51,925 bases of DNA, taken from positions 1-51,925 of the forward strand of contig JAQVNR010000001.1 in NCBI GenBank assembly GCA_028703035.1. Reading direction: 5' to 3'. Source of the stretch: Bacilli bacterium. Its GTDB lineage: Bacteria; Bacillota_I; Bacilli_A; RF39; UBA660. Under the pieces are notes generated by a model. It was not told the DNA's origin. It saw nothing but the letters and a program-made list of their open reading frames with translations, and searched no databases. The stretch's first letter is position 1. Every line of letters starts with the position of its first letter. Both the position numbers and the translations under genes were made by a program. Below are positions 1 through 9,747 of this stretch, one piece after another.

Positions 1-160
1 ATACGGGTTTAGAATCTATGCTCTAACACCACTCACCTCCGCATGCTCTGTAGTATGCCCAATAACAATTTGTTATTATATCAAAGAAAACTAAAAATTG
101 GGATATTTTTTCATCTCAATTTGTGCCGTTCGAGGTACGAGAAAGGAATGTTAGTTATTT

Positions 161-721
161 ATGAAAGAAATTACTTATGTTACTGGAAATTGGGCAAAAA
201 TATTAAGTGCGAAAGAAATTCTGGAACCACTAGGATTTGAAGTTAAAAATGAAAAAATACCGACAACTGAAATACAAGCAGATACAGTTGAGGAAGTTGC
301 TAAATTTTCTGCAAAGGAAGCTAGCGAAAAATTAAAAAAAAGTGTATTAAAAAATGATACTGGTCTTTTTGTAGAAGCACTAGGGGGATTTCCTGGACCA
401 TATACTCATTATGTAGATGAAAAACTTGGTGAAGATGGAATTCTTAAATTGTTAGAAAATGAGGATAATAGAAATGCTTGTTTTATTGAAGCTTTTGCAT
501 ATTGTGAGTATGGAAAAGATCCAATTGTATTTACTTCAATAACTAAAGGTGTAATCGCAAGAGAAAAATCAGGAAAGTATGGTTGGAGTTGGGATTATAT
601 TTTCATCCCTGAAGGCAAGGATAAGACATTAGGATGTTATCCAGATGAAGAACGTTGTTTAATGTGGAATACAGATGCTTATCATAAATTGGCTGAATAT
701 TTAAAAGAAAAAGAGAAATAG
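161..721 (+). CDS. Non-canonical purine NTP pyrophosphatase (HAM1/RdgB/ITPase family)
   Basis: 186-aa ORF; VTGNxxK N-terminus and DTGLFVEALGGFPGPY motif typical of HAM1-type ITPases; purine-rich RBS upstream. Confidence 0.8.
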   Translation: MKEITYVTGNWAKILSAKEILEPLGFEVKNEKIPTTEIQADTVEEVAKFSAKEASEKLKKSVLKNDTGLFVEALGGFPGPYTHYVDEKLGEDGILKLLENEDNRNACFIEAFAYCEYGKDPIVFTSITKGVIAREKSGKYGWSWDYIFIPEGKDKTLGCYPDEERCLMWNTDAYHKLAEYLKEKEK

Positions 722-725
722 GATA

Positions 726-1229
726 ATGAAAGAAATAGGGGGCCATTTCATTTTTGAAAGATTTAGTTATAATCAGTATCATGAAACTAATTTGCTTTTA
801 AGTTCTGGACGAAATTGTTTAAGATACATAATCAAGGAAAGAAACATACGTACAATATATTTACCGTATTTTCTCTGTGAAACATTACTTGATGTATGTT
901 TAAAAGAAGATATAGAAGTAAAATTCTACCATGTAGACGAAAAACTACATCCAATAATTAATGCAAATGAGCTATCAGAAAATGAGTTTGTTTATATAGT
1001 TAATTATTATGGTTTGTTTTCAACCGAAACATTGGAGCAAATTAAAAAAAAGTATAAAAATATTATAATAGACAATACGCATGATTTTTTTGATAAAAAT
1101 AACATTGGTGTTGATACTATTTATAATTATCGTAAAAATTTTGGTGTACCTGAAGGAGCATGTATAACTGGTGATCTACAATTATCTGATAAACTAGCCA
1201 AACGAAATAGTTTTTTTTATATAATATAA
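726..1229 (+). pseudogene. Truncated PLP-dependent (DegT/EryC1-like) aminotransferase-like fragment
   Basis: 167-aa ORF resembles only the N-terminal half of sugar aminotransferase-like proteins (SGRNCL...YLPYFLCE...IIIDNTHDFF); ends in a divergent tail, so roughly half the expected length. Confidence 0.35.
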
Positions 1230-1310
1230 AATATAGTAAAAAAAAGGAGTTAATAAAAAAATGTTTAAGCTAAAATAAGGGACAAACGAAAAAATTCGAA
1301 TATTTAAAAA

Positions 1311-1339
1311 TTGACAGTTACTTATTATAATGTTAAAAT
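1311..1339 (+). promoter_or_regulatory. Sigma-A type promoter (TTGACA - 17 nt - TGtTAAAAT)
   Basis: Consensus -35 at 1311-1316, 17-nt spacer, extended -10 at 1331-1339, about 40 nt upstream of the 1378 start. Confidence 0.6.
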
Positions 1340-1377
1340 TTTTAATAAGAGAAAGCTTACTTAATTAAGGGGGATTT

Positions 1378-2961
1378 ATGAAATTCAATCTTTTTATAAA
1401 TAAAGTACCTACGGAAACTAAAAATATATTATTAAAAGCTATAGAGATTTTTCATTTACTTGATAATAAAAATATAATATGTAATAGTTATGATTATGAA
1501 AATAATGCTAAGCAAATATTTTTAAATAGAGGCGATAAAAGATGTGTATCTTTATTTTTAGCTAGCTTATTAATAGAAACAAACGTTAAAATAATAATGG
1601 ATAATACTAAAGTCTCTGCTGATTTTGTTTTTAAATATTTAAATCTTAATCAAGAAAATATTGAATGTTTAAAACTTTCGCAATATGCAAATGTCTATAA
1701 TGATGTTTTTTCGTTTCTTATTGAAGAGCTAAAAAGATATCCTAATTATAATGGAATAATAATTTCTAATGATCAGTTATTTCCAGAAGTATTAGTTAAT
1801 TACTTAGCTTATATAGATATATTAGAATCAGATGTAATAAACTGGATTTATAAAGAAGCAAATTTGTTAAAATATCCATATCAATGTGCATATGAACATA
1901 ATTCATTTATAATAGTTAATCGATTGATGAGAAAAAAATTAATTAAAGCAGCTTCTGAGAAAAAAAATGCTCCTTTGGCTAAAGGAATAGACAGCAAAGA
2001 AAAAGTATCTAAATCAATGTTAGAGACTTATGGTGATTTCTTAACTGATAAAAAGCATTTAACAAATCCAGCTATTGGTAGAAAAAATGAAATTAAAGAA
2101 TTAATGATAAAACTTTTAACTCTTGATAAGTCACCTATTATTGTAGGTGAGGCAAGGGTTGGTAAGACAGCACTAGTTGAAGGGCTTAGTTATTTGATTT
2201 ATTACAACCAAGTTCCAAATGCTTTGCAAGATATGCAAATAGTTAAAATAAACACATCTAGTATTTTAAGTGGGTGTGTTTGTCAAGGTATGTTTGAAGA
2301 AAGAGTAGAACAGATTATTGAAGAGTTAATTGATAATCCATCAATCATTCTTTTTATTGATGAAATTCATAATGTTATAGGGGCTGGTGGAAGTTCTGAG
2401 AAACCACTTGATTTCGCAAATATGCTTAAGCCATATTTAGATCGCGGACAAATAAAAGTTATTGGGGCAACAACTAATGATGAATATGAAGAATATATTA
2501 TGAGAGATGAAGCATTTAAAAATAGATTTGAAAAAATAGTTGTATTAGAACCTAATGATAAAATTACTTATCAAATTCTGCTTGAAACAATTTCCAAAAT
2601 TGAAAATGCTACTTTAATTAAATTTGATTTTAATAATCAAGAGAAAGAATTATTATTAGAATATATTGTTAAATGTACAAATAAAAAATATAGAACTTAT
2701 AATGATAATTTAAATAATCCAGATTTAGCATTATCAATATTGAAAAACTCCTTTGCCATAGCGGCTTTTGAGGATTCAGAAGTTGTAAAATTAGAGTACA
2801 TAGCTGATGCTATTAAATTTTGTACTAAACTTAATGAATCTTTCCGATATAGAAATGCGGAAATCTTTATCACTAATTTTAAAAATGAACCGAAAAAACC
2901 TAATTCAAATATAATTCATTTTCCTAATAAAAATAACAATATAATTAAGAAGAGGAGTTGA
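1378..2961 (+). CDS. Clp-like AAA+ ATPase with a single D1-type module
   Basis: Walker A GEARVGKTA, Walker B ILFIDEIH, GATTNDEYEEY and AFKNRF match the ClpA/B/C first AAA+ module; no second module; GGGGG RBS. Confidence 0.7.
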   Translation: MKFNLFINKVPTETKNILLKAIEIFHLLDNKNIICNSYDYENNAKQIFLNRGDKRCVSLFLASLLIETNVKIIMDNTKVSADFVFKYLNLNQENIECLKLSQYANVYNDVFSFLIEELKRYPNYNGIIISNDQLFPEVLVNYLAYIDILESDVINWIYKEANLLKYPYQCAYEHNSFIIVNRLMRKKLIKAASEKKNAPLAKGIDSKEKVSKSMLETYGDFLTDKKHLTNPAIGRKNEIKELMIKLLTLDKSPIIVGEARVGKTALVEGLSYLIYYNQVPNALQDMQIVKINTSSILSGCVCQGMFEERVEQIIEELIDNPSIILFIDEIHNVIGAGGSSEKPLDFANMLKPYLDRGQIKVIGATTNDEYEEYIMRDEAFKNRFEKIVVLEPNDKITYQILLETISKIENATLIKFDFNNQEKELLLEYIVKCTNKKYRTYNDNLNNPDLALSILKNSFAIAAFEDSEVVKLEYIADAIKFCTKLNESFRYRNAEIFITNFKNEPKKPNSNIIHFPNKNNNIIKKRS

Positions 2962-2966
2962 TTTAA

Positions 2967-3548
2967 ATGTATTTTGATTATTTTAATTTATTTAGTCTTT
3001 TTAAAGGAGCCATTATAATAAGTAAAATTATATTTTTAGGAGTAATTATATTTTTACTTATATCACTATGTTTTGTTTATAAAAAAGCAGGTAAAAAAGG
3101 TTGGGAAGCATTAATTCCATTTTATTCTGTGTGGGTATTAGTAGAAATAGCTAGTTTAAAATGGTGGTTTTTCTTTATTGTTTTAGGAGCTATATTTTTA
3201 CCTATTGTTAGTTTGGGGTTATTATCTGGACTTGGAAGTATTGTTAGCTTAGTAGGTCTATTCTTTTGTCATTACAATCTAGCTCTTAAATTTAAAAAAG
3301 ATCCAGTATTATATGGACTAGGCTTAACTCTATTACCAGTTATTTTTTATCCGATTTTAGCATTTTCTAAAAATGTAACCTTTAGTGATATCTCTGTTAG
3401 TTCATATGGTCCTGTAGCAGAAAGTTATGTTGAAAACTATCAAAAAGGGACAAAAAAAACAGGAAAAACCGATAAATTTTGCAAAAAATGTGGTAAAAAA
3501 ATTACATCAGGTAAATTTTGTTCTAATTGTGGTGCGGAAATAAAATAA
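2967..3548 (+). CDS. Polytopic membrane protein with C-terminal zinc ribbon (DUF5684-like)
   Basis: Several hydrophobic helices, KAGKKGWEALIPFYS motif, C-terminal CKKC...CSNC; AGGAG RBS 8 nt upstream. Confidence 0.6.
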   Translation: MYFDYFNLFSLFKGAIIISKIIFLGVIIFLLISLCFVYKKAGKKGWEALIPFYSVWVLVEIASLKWWFFFIVLGAIFLPIVSLGLLSGLGSIVSLVGLFFCHYNLALKFKKDPVLYGLGLTLLPVIFYPILAFSKNVTFSDISVSSYGPVAESYVENYQKGTKKTGKTDKFCKKCGKKITSGKFCSNCGAEIK

Positions 3549-3623
3549 TTAAAGAATACAACTAAATGTTATTCTTTTTTTCTTCTCCTTATGTTATACT
3601 TGGTATGTGAGGATAGATGTGAG

Positions 3624-3980
3624 ATGAAAAAAAATAAAATTGTTTTAAAACACTGCCCTAATTTTTATAAAATTATTAATTTTGATTTTATAGAAGATGA
3701 TTATATATCAGCAAGATTAATTCATATATATAAAGATTTTATATTTAATATAAATATTGATAAAAAGTCGGATTTAGAGATGATTAATCAATTAGATTTT
3801 GTTATAAATAAATATATAGAAGATTATTATTTTCGAAAAGAAATGAAAAGAAGTATGCTTAATATTAAAGTTAAAAGAACAACTGATGTTGTAAGAGATA
3901 TAGTTGAAGGAATTATTAACTGTTTTGATTCATATGAAACAGGCTATACAAGAAATATTTATTTTGCGAGGTGGATCTAG
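3624..3980 (+). CDS. Hypothetical protein
   Basis: ORF 3591..3980; internal ATG at 3624 (MKKNK) preferred; no recognisable motifs. Confidence 0.4.
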   Translation: MKKNKIVLKHCPNFYKIINFDFIEDDYISARLIHIYKDFIFNINIDKKSDLEMINQLDFVINKYIEDYYFRKEMKRSMLNIKVKRTTDVVRDIVEGIINCFDSYETGYTRNIYFARWI

Positions 3981-3981
3981 G

Positions 3982-4866
3982 ATGGCCGATGATGATTTTT
4001 ACTTTGAAGAAAGTAATCCTAAAAAAGTTTTTTTAACTATTTTACTTATATTATTTATTATCGGGGTTTTATTTGGTATATATAAATATATTGCTAAAAG
4101 AGACTTTATTAAATTAAATAATGTTGAAGTCGAATTAGGTAGTGCTGTATCTACAGATATCAAAGATTATATAAAAAGCGGTAAGTATGAAGGCTATACT
4201 TTAGATGTATCAAATGTCCATTTAGATAATGAAGGATTGGCTGACAGTATTGGTGAATATAGTTTTACAGTTAAGAAAAACAACAATATATTAAAAGGTA
4301 AAATATATGTTAAAGATACAACAGCTCCAAGAGTAGAAGTAACAGAATTAACAGTTGGTCTTAATGAAGAATTTGATATTAATGATTTTTTAATATCATG
4401 TGAGGATTTATCTGAAGAATGTTTCGTAACTTATGCTAGTGATAAAGAAAAAAAATATAATCAAGCCGAAGGCACTTATGATATTACTTTAAAAATTAAA
4501 GATAAATATAATAATGAAACAACTAAAACTACTAAATTAATAGTTAAAGAAGGTTTTTCATTAGCTGATTTAAAAGCAACTAATAATGATGCTACTAATA
4601 TATATCCAGTTGATGATGATTGGGATGAGACTTATACTTTAAAATTTTCAAGAGGAATTTCAGAAGAAGATGAAGAATTCGAAGCAAAGATTTTAGAACT
4701 TGCTAAACATGATTTTTCTGAATATTATGAAGAAACAATTAAAAATCAAACTATGATAACTATTTATAATAAATATAACTTTGTTTTGGGATTTAGTATT
4801 AAATTAGAGTTTGAAGATGGGAATATTATCTATGTCCCAGAAGATGTAAAGAAAAACGAGGATTAA
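3982..4866 (+). CDS. Membrane-anchored protein with Ig-like extracellular domain
   Basis: ATG at 3982 preceded by GAGGTGG; N-terminal TM helix; DTTAP...GTYDITLKIKDKYNNE resembles bacterial Ig-like domains. Confidence 0.55.
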   Translation: MADDDFYFEESNPKKVFLTILLILFIIGVLFGIYKYIAKRDFIKLNNVEVELGSAVSTDIKDYIKSGKYEGYTLDVSNVHLDNEGLADSIGEYSFTVKKNNNILKGKIYVKDTTAPRVEVTELTVGLNEEFDINDFLISCEDLSEECFVTYASDKEKKYNQAEGTYDITLKIKDKYNNETTKTTKLIVKEGFSLADLKATNNDATNIYPVDDDWDETYTLKFSRGISEEDEEFEAKILELAKHDFSEYYEETIKNQTMITIYNKYNFVLGFSIKLEFEDGNIIYVPEDVKKNED

Positions 4867-4867
4867 T

Positions 4868-5422
4868 GTGGACTTTAGAGAGATAAAAGAATTTTTTAGA
4901 GATTTCCTTGGATATATTATAATTTTAGTAGTGATAATAATTATATTTGTCTTTATTATCTCATTACAACCAGTGGCTGGGAATTCTATGCATCCGACTT
5001 TAAAAGAAGGAAATCTTGTAGTTGTTTCTAAACTGTTTTATAATTTAGGTAGTCCTAAAAGAAATGATATAGTAAATGTTAAAGATGACTTAGGTAAATC
5101 ATATGTTAAAAGAATAATTGGTCTGCCTGGAGAGAGAATAGAATACTTAGAAAATGTTTTATATATTAATGAAAAACCTTATAGTGAGGATTTTATTACC
5201 CCAGAAATTGATACTAAAAACTTTCTTTTTGAAGATATTTGTTCATTAGAAAAGTGTCCTGGAGGAGTCATTCCCAAAAACAAATATTTGGTTTTAGGTG
5301 ATAATAGATCAGAATCAGTAGATAGTAGGACACCTGAATTTGGATTAAGAGATAAAAGTGATATTCAAGGAAAGGTTGCTTTAAAAATTTGGCCCTTTAG
5401 TGAGTTTGGAAGAATAAAGTAA
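4868..5422 (+). CDS. lepB: Signal peptidase I
   Basis: GNSMHPTL (catalytic Ser), VKRIIGLPGE (Lys box), GDNRSESVDSR; GTG start after GAGGA. Confidence 0.88.
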   Translation: MDFREIKEFFRDFLGYIIILVVIIIIFVFIISLQPVAGNSMHPTLKEGNLVVVSKLFYNLGSPKRNDIVNVKDDLGKSYVKRIIGLPGERIEYLENVLYINEKPYSEDFITPEIDTKNFLFEDICSLEKCPGGVIPKNKYLVLGDNRSESVDSRTPEFGLRDKSDIQGKVALKIWPFSEFGRIK

Positions 5423-5505
5423 AATTTATTCTTTTTTTAGCCCATTTTTTAAGTAAATGCATATTAATATTAAGGGCAAAAAAAGTCGATAAATGCTTAA
5501 ATAGA

Positions 5506-5534
5506 TTGAATTTTCAAAATTTGTATATTATAAT
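5506..5534 (+). promoter_or_regulatory. Sigma-A type promoter (TTGAAT - 17 nt - TATAAT)
   Basis: Hexamers at 5506-5511 and 5529-5534 with a 17-nt spacer, upstream of the surface-protein gene. Confidence 0.55.
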
Positions 5535-5588
5535 TAAATAAATTAAACAAGTTAAACAGTTTAATTAAATTTAAGGGAGGGAATTAAC

Positions 5589-7517
5589 ATGTTTAACAAA
5601 AAAAGGTTGTTTGTAGCCGGAGCATTTATAATTGCACTTTTATTTATGACAATGTATGCTGGAAACATTGGTGAACAAGGAACAACCCCAATGCGTATTG
5701 TGAAGTTTATTGATGGCTTTAATAGTGCTGAAATAAACACGCAAAATATTGAAGTAGGAGGAAAGGCAGAAGTACCAAAAGACCCTGAACATGAAGACTT
5801 ACTATTTATTGGTTGGTATAATGGTGATACAAAAGTTACAGAATTTGAAAATATCATGAAAGACTTAATAGTAACATCTCAGTATGTAGATGATATTAAT
5901 AATAATGGAATAGCCGACTCAGCAGAAAATACTTATACCATAACATTTTTTGATACTCTTGCTGGTGCTAATATTAGTGATGTTCAAGTTTTAACTGGAA
6001 TGAACGCAACTGCACCAACAGCACCAGTACATGAAAATCATACATTTACTGGCTGGTCAAGAGGTTTTACTAATGTAACATCTAGTTTTACAGTCAATGC
6101 ACGTTATAGAACAACAGAAGCAATTGCAAGTCCATCGAACACATTAAGTAAAAATACTTATACAGTTGCAAAAAATGATAGATATGAATTTAACAGTTGG
6201 GATGCAGAATTAACTAATGAAACTAAAGTTGAAGGAGATACTACATATACAGCTAATTTTAAAGATATTAAAAAACCAACAGTAGAAATCCAAAATGTAA
6301 GTAAGTATAATCCAAAATCATTTGATATTTATGCAACAGATTTAGAATCTGGATTAAAAAGAATAGATTATTCATTATTTATTAATGATAATACTGACTA
6401 TTTAGGTGGCGATGGTCAATGGATAGAAGGTAGTGTTTATGAATTTGAACAAAGAAATATTACAGAATATTATAGTTTAGAAAAAGTAAAATATTTATTT
6501 GAAGACTTATCAGTTGGCGAATATACTTTGAGAGTAACAGTAAGTGATAACGAAGGAAACACTACACATGCTACTAATTTTAATTTTGAAGTTGATAAAA
6601 TAACACCGGAATTTAATTTAACGACTGGATATCACAATGATGATGATATTCAAATTATAATAACTGAGAAGAATTTCTCACAAGTTAAAATATACAACCA
6701 AGATACTAACAAGACTATTATTGAAAAAAATTTGGCATTTACATTAACTGAAGAAGCAACTTATAGATTAACAGCAAAAGATAAAGCAGATAATGAAACA
6801 ACTATTTGGGTAGCAATAGATAAAACTAATCCCGAAATTTATAATAATGATGAACCTATAATTAATGATTCATACTATAAAGAAGATGTAGTTCTTAATA
6901 TTCAAGACAAGTTTTTACAAACTGTAAAAATCAATGGACCTATTGAAAAATCCTTAACTAGAAGTGATTTTGAAGTTGGAAAAAATAAAGAAAACTTCTC
7001 TTACAGTGAAATCTTAACTGAAAGTGGAAATTATGAAGTTATTGCTAAAGATAAATTTGGTAATACAACAACTATAAACTTTGTTATTGATAAAGAACTG
7101 CCAAGTGGTGAAGTAATAGATATTTGGTCAAATAACGATATAAATCAAAGATATGCAACAAAAGGAAACAATGTATCAGTTAGATTTAGAACTACTGAAG
7201 AAATTCAAGAAGGCGAAACTAATATGATGATAGCTGGGATTGAAGTTGAAAATGTATTAAAAAAAGATTCAAGCAATCCAGGAGAAAATGTTTATCAAGG
7301 TACAATAGTTGTAACAAAAAATACACCAGAAGGTTTAGTAGTTTTTAATATAGAAGTCACAGATTTAGCAGGGAATGTAGGAACAATACCTACAACAGTT
7401 AATTCTGGACACACTGTAACAATTGATAGAACAAATCCGATATTAGAAGAATCAGATATTATCATAGATTATTTTAACCCAAAAACATTTAGTTTTACCG
7501 CTAGTGATGAATATTGA
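5589..7517 (+). CDS. Surface protein, N-terminal part (Listeria-Bacteroides repeats + Ig-like repeats); ends at in-frame TGA
   Basis: Signal/anchor helix; FxGWY/FTGW repeat motifs; repeated DxxGN Ig-like modules; GGGAGGG RBS. Confidence 0.75.
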   Translation: MFNKKRLFVAGAFIIALLFMTMYAGNIGEQGTTPMRIVKFIDGFNSAEINTQNIEVGGKAEVPKDPEHEDLLFIGWYNGDTKVTEFENIMKDLIVTSQYVDDINNNGIADSAENTYTITFFDTLAGANISDVQVLTGMNATAPTAPVHENHTFTGWSRGFTNVTSSFTVNARYRTTEAIASPSNTLSKNTYTVAKNDRYEFNSWDAELTNETKVEGDTTYTANFKDIKKPTVEIQNVSKYNPKSFDIYATDLESGLKRIDYSLFINDNTDYLGGDGQWIEGSVYEFEQRNITEYYSLEKVKYLFEDLSVGEYTLRVTVSDNEGNTTHATNFNFEVDKITPEFNLTTGYHNDDDIQIIITEKNFSQVKIYNQDTNKTIIEKNLAFTLTEEATYRLTAKDKADNETTIWVAIDKTNPEIYNNDEPIINDSYYKEDVVLNIQDKFLQTVKINGPIEKSLTRSDFEVGKNKENFSYSEILTESGNYEVIAKDKFGNTTTINFVIDKELPSGEVIDIWSNNDINQRYATKGNNVSVRFRTTEEIQEGETNMMIAGIEVENVLKKDSSNPGENVYQGTIVVTKNTPEGLVVFNIEVTDLAGNVGTIPTTVNSGHTVTIDRTNPILEESDIIIDYFNPKTFSFTASDEY

Positions 7518-8681
7518 TTGAAAACAATGTCTTATACTATTTGGACAAAAGGGCGAATAAAACTTGAACAATCTGATGGACATATATACAATGGTGTAAC
7601 TAGTAAAAAATTAACATATCAAATTAATAATTTATCAGATGGAGAATACGAGTTAAGAATTTCTGTATTTGATCTTGCTGGAAATTATATTGATGCTTCA
7701 CCAGTATATTTTGAAGTAGATAATACCGCACCTATAGCAAGAATCTCATCACCATCAGAAGATGGAAAATCATTTGGTAAAAATGTTATTATAACTGGTG
7801 AAGTTGATGAATCTGAAACTAATCTTATAAGTCACGAATTTGAAATAACAAATCCAGATGGAACACAAAGTTTTGTTGCTGATATGACTACTAATAAATT
7901 TAATCATTCATTTGATTTAGATACTTCAAAAGGGATAGGAATGTATACAATAAAATATACTGCTACTGACAAAGCTAGTAATACAAGTTCTGTAATTAGA
8001 ACATTAAATGTAGTCGATATTAATAATCCGAAAACAACAATAGAAGTAACACCAATTTCAAATGGAAATAATTTTACAGTAAGAGGAATAGCTGAAGATG
8101 AAGAAAAACTAAATCGAGTTTATGTTCAATTAAAAAATAGAACAACAGGAGTTAATTGTGGTGGAACAACAATTCACTTACTAGATCCTGTTCAACAGCA
8201 TGCTAAATGGTCAAGAACATATTACTTACCAGAAATGAAATTGGATTCAAATTGTTATTCTACTGGTAATTATGCAGCTCATGTCGAAGTTGTCGATAAT
8301 CTTGGGAATAGAGGTTCAGCTGGTTGGACAGATAATTTTTATTTAGACTTTACTAATCCAGAAACTACTATTAATGTAAGTACTCCAGTCAATGGAAAAT
8401 TCACAGTAAGTGGAGTGGCAACAGACAACAATAAATTAAATAGAGTATATATACAATTAATAAATAGAACAACAGGAGTTCGTTGCGGTGGAACAACAAT
8501 TAATCTATTAACATCTATAAATCCAAAAGAAGCAGAATGGTCAAGAGAATACTCATCAAATGAGTTAAAAAATATTGAAGGATGTTCTGCATTAGGAAAT
8601 TTTGCTGCCCATGTATCAGTAACAGATAATTTTGGAAATAACTCTTCACAAGGATGGACAGACGACTTTTTAGTAGAATAA
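7518..8681 (+). CDS. Surface protein, C-terminal continuation (Ig-like repeats); probably the same gene as 5589..7517
   Basis: Same frame, directly abutting the TGA; no RBS; repeat structure continues across the junction. Confidence 0.6.
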   Translation: MKTMSYTIWTKGRIKLEQSDGHIYNGVTSKKLTYQINNLSDGEYELRISVFDLAGNYIDASPVYFEVDNTAPIARISSPSEDGKSFGKNVIITGEVDESETNLISHEFEITNPDGTQSFVADMTTNKFNHSFDLDTSKGIGMYTIKYTATDKASNTSSVIRTLNVVDINNPKTTIEVTPISNGNNFTVRGIAEDEEKLNRVYVQLKNRTTGVNCGGTTIHLLDPVQQHAKWSRTYYLPEMKLDSNCYSTGNYAAHVEVVDNLGNRGSAGWTDNFYLDFTNPETTINVSTPVNGKFTVSGVATDNNKLNRVYIQLINRTTGVRCGGTTINLLTSINPKEAEWSREYSSNELKNIEGCSALGNFAAHVSVTDNFGNNSSQGWTDDFLVE

Positions 8682-8805
8682 GCAAACTCTGAAACAATTG
8701 GCGAAGAATTATTTATATATGATGAAATAATTGAAGAAGCTTATATAAAGTCAGATGAACCAGAAGTTATTGAAACAACAGAAGATGACATTTAATAAAT
8801 ATATT

Positions 8806-8832
8806 AAAGAAGAAACGAAATTCTTCTTTTTT
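8806..8832 (+). terminator. Rho-independent terminator
   Basis: AAAGAAGAA / TTCTTCTTT 9-bp stem, 6-nt loop, T-run. Confidence 0.7.
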
Positions 8833-8884
8833 GATGTACATTTTAAATATTTATGGTAGAATTAAATTGTAGGAAGTGAAGTAT

Positions 8885-9337
8885 ATGGCATATTTAAAAT
8901 ATAAAGAGGTAACTAAGTATTTTAATTTTTCTAAAGCTTTGTTAAAAGAAGAATTACCTAGTTATGTAACTGATTATATTTTTGAAGAAGAAGATATATT
9001 ATGTGGATATAAAACAGCTAGAGATTATGGGGTATTTACGACAAAAAAAATAGTTTTATTCGATAACACAAGTACTCTAGGGATATCTAAACAAATATAT
9101 ACAATACCTTATAATACAATATCTACTATATCAATTATTTTTACAAGAAGTGGCGCAGAGTTATCATTATTTTTAAATAGTGGATATCCACTGCGTATTA
9201 AGTTTATCAATATGACTAATATTGATAAAAAAAGAGTCAGACTTATATATTCAATAATTTCTAAAATAATTAATAATCAAAAAGTATCAGTTTCTGAAAT
9301 AAAAAAAATTCAAGAAAATGATATTAGTTTTAATTAA
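8885..9337 (+). CDS. Bacterial PH-domain protein (YokE-like)
   Basis: GVFTTKKIVLFD...IPYNTISTISI...LSLFL pattern of bacterial PH (bPH) domains; ATG 8885 preferred over GTG 8876. Confidence 0.5.
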   Translation: MAYLKYKEVTKYFNFSKALLKEELPSYVTDYIFEEEDILCGYKTARDYGVFTTKKIVLFDNTSTLGISKQIYTIPYNTISTISIIFTRSGAELSLFLNSGYPLRIKFINMTNIDKKRVRLIYSIISKIINNQKVSVSEIKKIQENDISFN

Positions 9338-9357
9338 TATAAAAGAAAGAGGTATTT

Positions 9358-9690
9358 ATGGTAAAAGGTAAAGAAAAGGTTGAAACAGAAGAAGAATTTC
9401 TTGATTTAAAGGATGAAACAAGTAAAGCAGAAAGTCGAAAAAGAATTATTAATATTACTTTATGGACAATATTAATTACTTGGATAGTAATTTGTTTTAC
9501 AGACTTTATTTTAGTTAAGACAGAAAATAATCCATTATTTTGTACATTTTCTAAAACAGCAGAGTATGATAATGGATCTGTTAAATCATGCTATGGTCTA
9601 GGTTATAAAGTTTATAATTATGACCGTGAAGATTTTACTGGTTTAGAATTTGCACCTTTATGGGGAAAAGACAAGTCAGTCCAAGATTAG
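9358..9690 (+). CDS. Small single-pass membrane protein
   Basis: 110 aa, charged N-terminus then one TM helix; AGAGG RBS. Confidence 0.55.
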   Translation: MVKGKEKVETEEEFLDLKDETSKAESRKRIINITLWTILITWIVICFTDFILVKTENNPLFCTFSKTAEYDNGSVKSCYGLGYKVYNYDREDFTGLEFAPLWGKDKSVQD

Positions 9691-9747
9691 CTTAAAAGTT
9701 ATTGATTAATGCAAGAAGTGTGTTATAATTTCATTACTTGCTTTTAT

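Noticed and set aside
1-42. GC-richer stretch whose reverse complement (GCGGAGGTGAGTGGTGTTAGAGCATAGATTCTAAACCCGTAT) looks like the 5' half of a minus-strand tRNA, with a TTCTAAA loop (CTA or TCT anticodon)
   Set aside because: I could not form a proper D-stem or a 5-bp anticodon stem, and the element is cut by the window edge. It may be a truncated or decayed tRNA or another structured RNA, but that is unsupported from this window alone.
43-240. 65-aa ORF overlapping the start of the HAM1-family gene
   Set aside because: It is out of frame with a well-supported gene, has no RBS and no recognisable sequence.
7515-7517. In-frame TGA (and TGA at 22144-22146 replacing a conserved Trp) as evidence for genetic code 4 or 25
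   Set aside because: TGA clearly terminates several well-defined genes at overlapping junctions (2959, 30288, 39984, 41446, 42990). Other Trp codons in the same YhcG-like fragment are TGG. These are ordinary nonsense mutations in decaying genes.
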